A stretch of DNA of 64,000 bases from an uncultured delta proteobacterium (GCA_963812015.1 CAWETI010000003.1:1568001-1632000), one strand, 5' to 3'. Numbered from the stretch's first letter, positions 30,166 through 39,234 are shown. Program-made: numbers and translations. Notes: a model not told the origin generated them from the sequence alone.

Positions 30166-31368
30166 TTATCGATCAACGTCCGCCAATACGATGTCCATGG
30201 TGCCGATGATGGCGATCATATCCGACAGCAATCTCCCCCGGCACAGCTTGTCCAGGGAGCCCAGCACCACGAAGGACGGGGTCCTGACCTTGACCCGGAA
30301 GGGTTGGGGCCCGCCGTCGCTGACGATATAGAACCCCATTTCGCCCTTGGGGGCCTCGATGGCCTGGTAGACTTCACCCGCCGGCGGGGTAATGCCCTCC
30401 TGGATCAGCTTGAAGTGGTTGATCAAGCTGGCGATGTCACTATAAACCATCTCCTTGGGAGGGAGGCTCACCCGGGGGTCGGCGCACTTGATGTCACCCG
30501 GCTCGGTCTTGGCGATTTTTTCCAGGGCCTGCTTGATGATGTGGTTGCTCTGGAGCATCTCCTGCATCCGCACCAGGTACCGGGAGTAAGTGTCGCCCGC
30601 CTTGGTCCCCAACGGCACCTCAAATTCGAACTCGTCGTAGCTGGAGTACGGATTATCCCGGCGCAGGTCCCAATCCACCCCGGAACCCCGGGCCATGGGA
30701 CCGGACCAGCCCCAGTCCAGGGCGTCGGCGGCGCTTAAGGTGCCCACGTCCATGGTGCGCTGTTTCCAGATGATGTTTTGGGTCAGGAGCGTGTCATAAT
30801 CCTTCCAGTTCTTATCGAAGGATTTGGCGAACTCCCAGGCCGCGGGTATGAAGTCGCCGGGCAGGTCTGCGGCCAGGCCGCCGATGCGGAAATAGAGCGG
30901 GAACATCCGGGCCCCGGAGGCCATTTCGCACAGGTCCATGATCTTTTCCCGCTCCCGGAAGGCGTAAAACAGCGGGGTCATGGCCCCCAGGTCGTGGCCG
31001 TGGGTGCCCAGCCAGAACAGGTGGGAGGCGATCCGGGTCAATTCCACGATCAACACCCGGATATACTGGGCCCGCTTGGGAACTTCGACGCCCAGGAGCT
31101 TTTCCACCGCCAGGCAGAAGCCGAAGTTGTTGACCTCTCCGGCCAGGTAGTCCACCCGGTTCATCAGGGGCAGGCACTTGTGGTAGGTGCGGTACTCGCA
31201 CATCTTCTCGATGCCGCGGTGGAGGTAACCGATGTCCGGGTCGGCGCTGCAGATGAGCTCGCCGTCCAGCTCCACCAGGACCCGAAGGACCCCGTGGGTG
31301 CTGGGGTGGCTCGGGCCCACGTTCAGCATCATGGTTTCGGTGCGTGTCATGGTTCGGGTCTGGTTCAT
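30166..31368 (-). CDS. nuoD: NADH-quinone oxidoreductase subunit D
   Basis: GPSHPSTHGVLR, GYLHRGIEK, EAPKGEMG, DIVLADVDR. Confidence 0.97.
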   Translation of the reverse strand: MNQTRTMTRTETMMLNVGPSHPSTHGVLRVLVELDGELICSADPDIGYLHRGIEKMCEYRTYHKCLPLMNRVDYLAGEVNNFGFCLAVEKLLGVEVPKRAQYIRVLIVELTRIASHLFWLGTHGHDLGAMTPLFYAFREREKIMDLCEMASGARMFPLYFRIGGLAADLPGDFIPAAWEFAKSFDKNWKDYDTLLTQNIIWKQRTMDVGTLSAADALDWGWSGPMARGSGVDWDLRRDNPYSSYDEFEFEVPLGTKAGDTYSRYLVRMQEMLQSNHIIKQALEKIAKTEPGDIKCADPRVSLPPKEMVYSDIASLINHFKLIQEGITPPAGEVYQAIEAPKGEMGFYIVSDGGPQPFRVKVRTPSFVVLGSLDKLCRGRLLSDMIAIIGTMDIVLADVDR

Positions 31369-31455
31369 GTGACATCCCGTCTAGCCGCAGGCTTGAGCCT
31401 GCGTGGGTTATATATTCGTTCGGCGGCGCAGGCTAAAACCTGCGGCAAGAAAAAC

Positions 31456-31907
31456 TTATTTTCCCCGCAGCGGATAGTCTTTGCGCTGGGGGTGGCCCAC
31501 CCAATCCCCGGGCATCATCAGGCGCCTGAGGTCCGGATGGCCGCTGAACCGGATGCCCATCATGTCGTAGGCTTCCCGCTCGTGCCAGATAGCCGTGGAC
31601 CACACCGAAGCTACCGAATCGATGGCCGGGGCCAGGTCGTCCTCCAGCCGGGCCTTCAGGGTGATGCGCTCGTGGTGCTTGTGGCTGTAAAGGTTGTAGA
31701 CCACGCCGAACCGGGGGCTGGCAGGCAGGTAATCCATGCCGGCGATCATGGAGAGGTACTTAAAACCGGTGTCATGGCCGTCCCGGAGGGCCGTGCAGAT
31801 CTCCACGATTAGCGAAGGCTTCACTTCGATGGTCGTATCGCCCCGAAACTCCACTACCTCCACCACTTCTTCGGGGAATTTTTCTTCGAGCAGGGCCACC
31901 GCTTTGT

Positions 31908-31911
<4 letters not shown>
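31456..31911 (-). CDS. nuoC: NADH-quinone oxidoreductase subunit C
   Basis: [31 protein letters not shown]. Confidence 0.96.
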
Positions 31912-32426
<515 letters not shown>

Positions 32427-32545
32427 TCAGGTACTCCTAATGAAAAACCGTTTTTCGTTTTTGGATTTTCGTTTATCGCGCAGATAGGTTAGTGCGCCTT
32501 CTTCATTTACCGAAAACCGAAAACCGGAAACCGCCAACCGTCCTT

Positions 32546-32902
32546 TTACTCCCACTCCAGGGCGCCCTTGCCCCACACATACACCAGGCCCACCGCGATG
32601 ATGCCGATGAACACCAGCATCTCCACGAATCCGAACCAGCCCAGGGGCTTAAAGATCACCGCCCAGGGATAGAGGAAGATGGCTTCAATGTCGAACACGA
32701 TGAAAAACATGGCGATGACATAGAAACGCACCGTGTAGCGGCTGCGGGCGTCGCCGATGGGGTCCATGCCGCACTCGTACGGAATGTCCTTGGCCGGGAA
32801 GTGTTTCTTCTTGCCCAAAAACTCCGACAAGCCGACGATCACTGCCACCAGCCCGATGGCGACCACCATAAAAATCAAGACCGGCACATAGTTGATTAGC
32901 AT
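32546..32902 (-). CDS. nuoA: NADH-quinone oxidoreductase subunit A
   Basis: PYECG, FIVFDIEAIFLYPWA, KGALEWE. Confidence 0.97.
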   Translation of the reverse strand: MLINYVPVLIFMVVAIGLVAVIVGLSEFLGKKKHFPAKDIPYECGMDPIGDARSRYTVRFYVIAMFFIVFDIEAIFLYPWAVIFKPLGWFGFVEMLVFIGIIAVGLVYVWGKGALEWE

Positions 32903-32927
32903 AAGTCAATCCTTAAAATGCATTGGC

Positions 32928-33143
32928 CTACAATTCCAGCGAAATATACTCCGCCTGACTTTTCACCGCAGGGATGGGGAGATTGTCCTCTCGCATACCC
33001 TCCAAATGCATCTTGATAGCCTCAGCCATTCGCTGCTTTACTTCTTCAACAGTTTTCCCGGTGGCGATACAACCAGGAAGGTCTGGACAATAGGCGGAAT
33101 AATTGCCATTGGCCTGTTCAATTACTATCAGAAATTGTTCCAT
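32928..33143 (-). CDS. hicB: HicB-family antitoxin
   Basis: MEQFLIVIE..NYSAYCPDLPGCIATGKT.EE...M.EAI..HLEGM; start at ATG 33143. Confidence 0.9.
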   Translation of the reverse strand: MEQFLIVIEQANGNYSAYCPDLPGCIATGKTVEEVKQRMAEAIKMHLEGMREDNLPIPAVKSQAEYISLEL

Positions 33144-33151
33144 AATTCCGC

Positions 33152-33349
33152 CTACTTCAATTTCAAGCCAGCCTGCTTTAATATACTGTTTAACGTCCCA
33201 GGGCTTCAATCGTCCCGCTGATGCCCGGCGATGGTAACGCGTCCGGTTTTTAAGGGATGTTTAAACTGTCTGTGGCTTTCCGTTCCCTTGCCGCTAATTT
33301 GATACCACCCGTCAGCTTCGATTAATCTTATCACATCCCGAATTTTCAA
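33152..33349 (-). pseudogene. hicA: HicA toxin with an internal nonsense codon
   Basis: Manual translation: MKIRDVIRLIEADGWYQISGKGTESHRQFKHPLKTGRVTIAGHQRDD*SPGTLNSILKQAGLKLK; TGA at 33208-33206. Confidence 0.88.
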
Positions 33350-33420
33350 ACTGTTTCAGCCTGCACGGGGTTTGTAAGGCGGGTTTCAAACCCGCCCCTA
33401 CCTTGATGCTCAAATCCCTG

Positions 33421-35268
33421 TTAATGGGAAGGTTCTTCAGCCTTGCACACCCCCAACGGGCAGTTTCCCGCCAGGTGCGCGTCGTATTCGTCCCGGAACC
33501 GCTCGATGGTGGTCTTGATGAAGAAATACGGGCTCATGCCCAGGGCGCAGTTGGAGGAGTCCACCATGATCTGGCCAATGGAAATCATCCGGTCCAGATC
33601 GGCGGCGCTGCCTTTGCCCGCGGCCACCTTGCTGATGAGCTCGTAGAGCACCCGGGTGCCCCGGCGGCAGGGCAGGCAGAAACCGCAGGACTCGTGCTGG
33701 AAGAAGTATAGAATGGATTTGACCACGTCCACCACGCAGGTGGTGTCGTCCATCACCAGCATGGTGCCGGAGCCCAAGGCGCCTTCGGCCTTGGCCATGG
33801 CGGCGTATTCCATGGGGGTGTCCAGGTGCTCGTCTTTGAAGAACCCGAAGCTGGAGCCCCCGGTCTGGCAGGTCTTGAACTTCCGGCCGTCTTTGATGCC
33901 CCCGCCGTGCTTGTCGATGAGCTCCCTGACGGTCATCCCCAGGTTGGCTTCCACGATGCCGGGCTTGCTCACCTGGCCCACCACCTGGAATATCTTGGTG
34001 CCCGCGGCGTCCGCGGTGCCCTTGGACTTATACCACTCCGAGCCGTTGAGGACGATGGACGGCACGCTGGCCAGGGATTCCACGTTGTTGACGATGGTGG
34101 GTTGGCCCCAGACGCCCACGACGCCAGGGAACGGCGGCTTGACCCGGGGGTTGCCCCGTTTGCCTTCGATGGACTCGATGAGCGCGGTTTCCTCGCCGCA
34201 GACATACGAGCCGCCGCCGGTCTGCACCTTGATATGGAAAGAGAAGCCGGTGCCTTGAATGTTGTCGCCCAGAAGATTCTTGGCGGTGGCAGCCTCGATG
34301 GCCTTATTAAGCCGGAACATGCTCAGGTAATATTCACCCCGGACATAGATGTAGCCGTAGTTAGCCCCCACCCCGTAACCGGCGATGGCCATGCCTTCCA
34401 GCACCCGGTGGGGATCGCCTTCCATGATGTAGCGGTCCTTGATGGTCCCCGGCTCGCCTTCGTCGGCGTTGCACACGATATACTTGGGCACATTGGGGTT
34501 GGGCCGGGTGAAGGACCACTTGAGACCGGTGGGGAAACCGGCGCCACCCCGGCCCCTGAGGCCGGAGTCTTTCACCGTGTTCACCACCTCTTCCTGGGAC
34601 AGGGACAGGGCCTTCTTCAGGCCTTCGTAGCCGCCCCGTTCCAGATAGGCGTCCAGGCTCAAGGGATCGATCTGATCCACGTTGGCCAGGAGGATGAGCT
34701 CATCGCCGCTGGCCACATAATCGCTCAAAGGATTGGTGGTGCGGGGGAGCGTCCGGTAGTCCACGGTCTTGCCGGCCCGATAATCGCTGATGATGTTCTT
34801 GATGCGCTCCGGAGTGAGGCGGCCGAAGACCACTTCGTTGATCTGCATGGCCGGGGAGACCTCGCAGACCCCCAAGCAGGCGGTATGCTCCAGGGTGAAG
34901 AGACCGTCGCTCGTGGTTTCCCCTGACTTGATGCCCAACTCGGCCTTGAGCACCTCCAAGAGGTTGTCGGCGCCCAGGATATGGCACGGGGGCGATTCGC
35001 ACATGCGGACGATGTATTTTCCGCGGGGCGTCGGCGAAAACATGGTGTAAAAGCTCATGACGCCGTAGAGATACGCGTAGGGAATATCCATGCCCTCGGA
35101 GATCATCTTGAGGGCTTCCAGGGGCAGCCAGTTGCCGCAGATGCTCTGGACGTCATGCAGGGCGGGCATCACCCCCCCCTTGACAGCTTTGTGGCGGCTG
35201 ACGGTTTCCTGGATGGCGGATATTTGCTCGGGGCTCAACGTGGCGCTGACGGGGCTCTTAATCTCCAT
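33421..35268 (-). CDS. nuoEF: Fused NuoE-NuoF NADH-oxidising flavoprotein
   Basis: N-terminal CESPPC...ACLGVC [2Fe-2S]; GRGGAGFPTG.KW, CNADEGEPG, YVCGEETAL, ESCGFCLPCR..C; start MEIKSP at 35268 (uncertain). Confidence 0.93.
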   Translation of the reverse strand: MEIKSPVSATLSPEQISAIQETVSRHKAVKGGVMPALHDVQSICGNWLPLEALKMISEGMDIPYAYLYGVMSFYTMFSPTPRGKYIVRMCESPPCHILGADNLLEVLKAELGIKSGETTSDGLFTLEHTACLGVCEVSPAMQINEVVFGRLTPERIKNIISDYRAGKTVDYRTLPRTTNPLSDYVASGDELILLANVDQIDPLSLDAYLERGGYEGLKKALSLSQEEVVNTVKDSGLRGRGGAGFPTGLKWSFTRPNPNVPKYIVCNADEGEPGTIKDRYIMEGDPHRVLEGMAIAGYGVGANYGYIYVRGEYYLSMFRLNKAIEAATAKNLLGDNIQGTGFSFHIKVQTGGGSYVCGEETALIESIEGKRGNPRVKPPFPGVVGVWGQPTIVNNVESLASVPSIVLNGSEWYKSKGTADAAGTKIFQVVGQVSKPGIVEANLGMTVRELIDKHGGGIKDGRKFKTCQTGGSSFGFFKDEHLDTPMEYAAMAKAEGALGSGTMLVMDDTTCVVDVVKSILYFFQHESCGFCLPCRRGTRVLYELISKVAAGKGSAADLDRMISIGQIMVDSSNCALGMSPYFFIKTTIERFRDEYDAHLAGNCPLGVCKAEEPSH

Positions 35269-35778
35269 CGTTATCGATCCATTGTGCTGGTTCTTTGTGA
35301 AAATTTTCTTTATTACTCTGGAGTTTTTATTATCAATCCCCCCTGGTGTCAAGCAAATTTTTCTTTTTTCTGAACGGGGCCGCGAGGGGGAAACCGAGGT
35401 CAGGAGTAATCACCGGGTTTTTCTTTTGTTCTCTCGTAAGTTAGCTGCGCCACTTCCGCCCGTCGCATGTTGCTGGGGCCGGAACTCACTGCCGCAGCCG
35501 ACCCCGCCGCCCCGGGCCGGGTCGAGTGCGCCCAGGTGAGCAAAATCCTTGGATTGTACGTAACTGCAATAAATTCGCCTTACCATTCTAGATGAGCGCT
35601 CATTGAGCCGAAGCGGGGAATTAAAACCCCATTGGAACTATCGCTCAATTACACCACCAAGTAATAGGTCTGCTTTGAAAAGTTCTTATAAACTGGTGGC
35701 ACAGGCGCCCCGCCTGTGCTTGATGCAGGGCGCGGCCGCCCCCCATCTTTGGCGGGAAATGCCCGCCCTCCCTGCTTA

Positions 35779-36414
35779 TTATCGGGGACGTCGCGGTTCC
35801 AGGAGCAGCCGCCCCAACACCTTGATCCAGGCCCCCCCTTCCCGGAGGGCCATCTTGGTCAGCCACCGGTAGCGGCGCTGCTGCCAGTAGTGGCGCACCA
35901 GGCCCCGGGCGGCCAAAGGCTGCACGGTGATACCCAGAGGGGCGAACTGGCGTCTAAAGAGGAAAGCCGCCCGGTGGATGTGCAGCGCGTCCGTCACCAG
36001 GGCCACGTTTCGGCTACCCAACCCCTGCACCAGGGGCAGGGTGTGGCGGGCCGAGGCCGCGGTGGACCGGCTGGCTTCCTCCAGGATCAGGCAGGCGGCC
36101 AGCGCCTCCCGGACCTCGGCGCCCCAGTGCGCGGCCGCCCAGGTGAGGGCCCAGTCGGCCATGGCCCGGGCTTCGGAGCAGCCGGCGTGGGGCCAGAAAC
36201 CGCCGGTGAGGATCAGGTAACTTTGAGGACCGCAATGGCGCCAGAGGTTAAGGGCGTGGGCCAGGCGCAGCCGGATCACCCGCCCCGGCCGGCCCTGGGG
36301 GTTGAGGCGGGCCCCCAACACGATGAACCCGTCCGGAAAAAGCTTGGGGGGAAAAGGCGAAAAGGGAAAACGGGGAAGAGGGGAGGAAGGCCCAACGGGA
36401 TAATCAGAGTGCAT
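35779..36414 (-). CDS. DUF218 / YdcF (ElyC/SanA-like) protein
   Basis: IVLGA, RL..AL.L, ILTGG, SEA.AM, LEEASRST..SA, LVTD..H..RA, REG; start uncertain. Confidence 0.82.
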   Translation of the reverse strand: MHSDYPVGPSSPLPRFPFSPFPPKLFPDGFIVLGARLNPQGRPGRVIRLRLAHALNLWRHCGPQSYLILTGGFWPHAGCSEARAMADWALTWAAAHWGAEVREALAACLILEEASRSTAASARHTLPLVQGLGSRNVALVTDALHIHRAAFLFRRQFAPLGITVQPLAARGLVRHYWQQRRYRWLTKMALREGGAWIKVLGRLLLEPRRPR

Positions 36415-36524
36415 GGTTGATCCTTACCCGCTTCTGCCCCTGGCGTGCTCAAGAATCCGGGTGAAGACGGCCGAATATAGAGAACCGCCTTGAAGCTTTA
36501 ACCTTTTCGCCTTTTCGCCCCAAG

Positions 36525-37319
36525 TCATTTCACCCTTTTCGCCTTTTTCCCCCTAATCTCTCCCCCTTTTCCCCCTTTTTTCCGCTTTTTCCGTAAAGCC
36601 CGGGTGCCGGCCTTCCAGGGGGGCTCTTCTTTTTTGCCTTTGGATCGCCGGGGTTTGGCCGCGGGCTGGAACATCCCGGGCAGGTCCAGGGTGAAGCTGC
36701 CGGGGGTGGGAGCCGGGGGCCGGGGCATCGAAGGTTTAGCTTTTTCCGGGACCTGGGGCGGGGGCGGTAGTTGCAGAAGATCCCGGGGCAGGGCCGGGGC
36801 CAGATACAGGCCATCGCCGTAGCCCGTAAAGCTGATGCCGCGCCGGGCCGCGGCCTGGGCTTGGACGGTGACCAGGATGGGCTCCGGGGCCCGGCGGCGC
36901 CCCAGTTTCATGGCCATCTCCGGCGTCGCGGCCAGCACCAGTTCCTGGTCCGGGGGCGGCTTGAGCCCTGCCTCCCACACTTTCCCGTGGGCCTTGGGAG
37001 GGATGGCGGCATAGAGCAGGGCAGGGGGGGGCTCCTCCAGAGGGCGGCGGAGCCGGGCCGGCTCCGGGCTCAGAGCGCGGATCTGCTCCCCGGCCACCTC
37101 GAAGGCCGGGGGCGACATCAGGCCCACCACCTGGTCCAGGTGATGGCGCCGGACGAAACCAAAGCCGGGATCCCTGGTTAAAATCTGGAGCAGGTGCTTG
37201 ATGGGGATGAACCCCGCGTCCGAGAGCACCAGCCCGAACTCGTCGGGCCGGTGGCTCAGGATGTAGGTGAGCATCCGGGCCAGGCCTTCCAGTTGCCGGG
37301 GCAGACGGTACATTTTCAC
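36525..37319 (-). CDS. RNA 2'-phosphotransferase (Tpt1/KptA)-like protein, degenerate active site
   Basis: L.YILSHRPDEFGLVLSDAGF, FE...IRA, PP..LY, GLKP, A.KLGRRR..P.LV.V; catalytic motifs altered. Confidence 0.78.
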   Translation of the reverse strand: MKMYRLPRQLEGLARMLTYILSHRPDEFGLVLSDAGFIPIKHLLQILTRDPGFGFVRRHHLDQVVGLMSPPAFEVAGEQIRALSPEPARLRRPLEEPPPALLYAAIPPKAHGKVWEAGLKPPPDQELVLAATPEMAMKLGRRRAPEPILVTVQAQAAARRGISFTGYGDGLYLAPALPRDLLQLPPPPQVPEKAKPSMPRPPAPTPGSFTLDLPGMFQPAAKPRRSKGKKEEPPWKAGTRALRKKRKKGGKGGEIRGKKAKRVK

Positions 37320-37333
37320 CTTCGCTTAACGCT

Positions 37334-37543
37334 TTACCTATCCTGAGCCGGTGCCCCGGCCGGCGGTTGGCCGGGACTGGTGGGGTTGTACGCTAAAGGT
37401 TCCGTCCTTTGAGATGCCAGGTTTATTCCTGCCGTTGTCTGGAAGGGCTGACTGCTGCTTGACCGCAGCGACTTGGCCCCCCCTCAACAGCCGCACACCC
37501 CCAAAAACATCACCAGAGACAATAAGAGGCCTGCTTTCTTCAC
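37334..37543 (-). CDS. Candidate 69-aa selenocysteine-containing lipoprotein (in-frame UGA at codon 20)
   Basis: MKKAGLLLSLVMFLGVCGC-TGA-GGAKSLRSSSSQPFQTTAGINLASQRTEPLAYNPTSPGQPPAGAPAQDR*; GGGAG RBS, upstream promoter, SECIS-like hairpin after the TGA. Confidence 0.68.
37441..37483 (-). promoter_or_regulatory. Putative bacterial SECIS element
   Basis: After UGA: GGGGGGGC-CAAGUC-GCUGC-[GGUCAA]-GCAGC-AGUCA-GCCCUUCC; apical loop starts with G, 19 nt from UGA. Confidence 0.68.
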
Positions 37544-37572
37544 GTTTCACGCTCCCATCAGGATTTAGAGAA

Positions 37573-37602
37573 AATATATCCCCTGGGGGCGAATTTAGTC
37601 AA
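37573..37602 (-). promoter_or_regulatory. Sigma70-type promoter of the candidate selenoprotein operon
   Basis: Minus strand TTGACT-N18-TATATT, about 30 nt before the GTG start. Confidence 0.6.
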
Positions 37603-37785
37603 ATCATAATGCCCAGGCCAAATCAGGTGACTGCTCATCGGGGCTGTCTGGACTCAAAGCAAAGAACCTTTTAACGCGGCTCGGAAACCTGACCGGGAAA
37701 AATAACCCCCCACCGGCTCACAACTACCAACCATTGTTGATGGCGGTTGACAAGCTGAGAAGAAATGATAATTATATTTGGATAA

Positions 37786-38325
37786 ATGGAACAGGCGCGA
37801 TATTTCCACCAGGATCAAAAGGAGCTTTTGAACGAGGCCGCGGTTATCGCCGAGGAGGTTACCTCCGACTTTTTTAAGCTGTCTGTCAGCCACTGGCGCC
37901 GCGCCCGCTATGACATCCTGACCCTGGAGGCCCTGCGGGCCGAGGAGATCAGCCCCCACGCCCTGGCCATGGTGGCCAAGTACAACGGCTGCCCGCAGGA
38001 TCGTTTGTTGCGTTCTGCGGCCTTTGATTTTTACCGGGTCTGCCTGCAAGACCACAACATCCTCAAGACCTTGAGGCAGTCTGCCGGCTTGAGTCTGTTC
38101 CCCCTGCTCCTTTACATCCTTACCCACGAACTGGTGCATATCGTGCGGTTCAGCCAGTTCCAGGCCCTCTTCGAGACCCCGGAGGAGCAGAAGCAGGAAG
38201 AAGAACGGCGGGTGCACCACCTGACGCAGAAAATCCTGGCGCCCTTGCAGGTTCGGGATTTACCGCCGGTGATGCGATATTATGATGACCAGGTTCAAGG
38301 AGATTGTCGGTATGCCAATTTATGA
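37786..38325 (+). CDS. Hypothetical protein with HExxH zinc-metallopeptidase-like motif
   Basis: LYILTHELVHIVRF plus downstream Glu-rich EEE..V; TTGACA at 37747. Confidence 0.7.
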   Translation: MEQARYFHQDQKELLNEAAVIAEEVTSDFFKLSVSHWRRARYDILTLEALRAEEISPHALAMVAKYNGCPQDRLLRSAAFDFYRVCLQDHNILKTLRQSAGLSLFPLLLYILTHELVHIVRFSQFQALFETPEEQKQEEERRVHHLTQKILAPLQVRDLPPVMRYYDDQVQGDCRYANL

Positions 38326-38611
38326 GTATCAGTGCGCCGCGTGCGGCCAGGTGGTGGAACGGTGGCAGAAGGTTTCCGATTCCCCGCTGAAGGATTGTCC
38401 GGCCTGCGGCGGTAGTCTCAACAAAATCATCAGCTCCTGCGCCTTTCACCTCAAAGGCAGCGGGTGGTATGTAACGGATTACGCCGGCAAGAACCCTGCG
38501 GCCGGCGCCAGTGACAATGGCAACGGGGCCAAGCCCGCCGAAAGCGCCAAAGACGCCAAGTCGTCTGACACCTCCACGACTGAGGCATCTTCTACCCCCA
38601 GGATAAAATGA
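38312..38611 (+). CDS. FmdB-family zinc-ribbon protein
   Basis: MPIYEYQCAACG..CPACGG..FHLKGSGWYVTDY. Confidence 0.92.
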   Translation: MPIYEYQCAACGQVVERWQKVSDSPLKDCPACGGSLNKIISSCAFHLKGSGWYVTDYAGKNPAAGASDNGNGAKPAESAKDAKSSDTSTTEASSTPRIK

Positions 38612-38655
38612 CGCACCTGTTGAACCTTCCGGGTGGGAGAGAAAGGGAGCGATAA

Positions 38656-39234
38656 GTGGCGGAAATTAAAAGTGCCTTAGAGTTGGCCCTGGAAAAGGCT
38701 GAGCAATATGGCCGAGCCAGCCGGGAAGAGATGGCGCTGGCCCAGCACCAGGACCAGGGCCGCCACCTGGCGGTGCAGTTTCTTAAAGGGGAGGGCGACC
38801 TGACGGTTGACCTGAAGAATCTCCCGGCTCCGGCCCAAGCCGCCGCCCGGCTGGCGATCAAAGAGGTCTTCCTGCGGAATCTTGGCCTGCCCCGGGACAA
38901 CACGGTGGACCCCCGCCAAAAGCGGGCCGTGGAAGGCCTGCTCCTGGTGGCCGATAACCCGAAGGCCATGGCGCAACTTCAGGCGGAATTGCAGCAGGTC
39001 CTGCAGCAATACCTCCAGATCCGCAGCAACGCCGTGCAGCAACTCAAGGCCCGGTTTGCCGCCGGGGTGGGGCAGATGCAGCAGGCCATGGAGGCCAAGT
39101 ATCGCCAGAAGATGGACCTGGATGTGGAGCACCTTCCCCAGTTTCAGGAAGAGTGGCGCCGGTTCGATGGGCAGCTCCAGGACCAGTTCGGGGCCATGCT
39201 GGAGAACCTCAAGGCCCGGATGCGGCTTGCCTGA
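38656..39234 (+). CDS. Conserved all-helical hypothetical protein
   Basis: MAEIKSALELALEK start, Gln-rich coiled coil, PQFQEEW; good RBS and codon usage. Confidence 0.75.
   Translation: MAEIKSALELALEKAEQYGRASREEMALAQHQDQGRHLAVQFLKGEGDLTVDLKNLPAPAQAAARLAIKEVFLRNLGLPRDNTVDPRQKRAVEGLLLVADNPKAMAQLQAELQQVLQQYLQIRSNAVQQLKARFAAGVGQMQQAMEAKYRQKMDLDVEHLPQFQEEWRRFDGQLQDQFGAMLENLKARMRLA

Noticed and set aside
33206..33208. hicA internal TGA as selenocysteine
   Set aside because: The position corresponds to an aliphatic residue, not Cys, and no G-loop SECIS-like hairpin follows; a nonsense mutation is simpler.
35440..35545. GC-rich hairpins as SRP RNA
   Set aside because: Lacks the CAGG-stem-GGAA-stem-AGCA domain IV; hairpins are expected at this GC content.
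37338..37550. ORF-track 70-aa ORF MKREESRPL...
   Set aside because: No recognisable features and the RBS is too close. The overlapping frame from 37543 has a signal peptide, correct RBS spacing and a SECIS-like hairpin.
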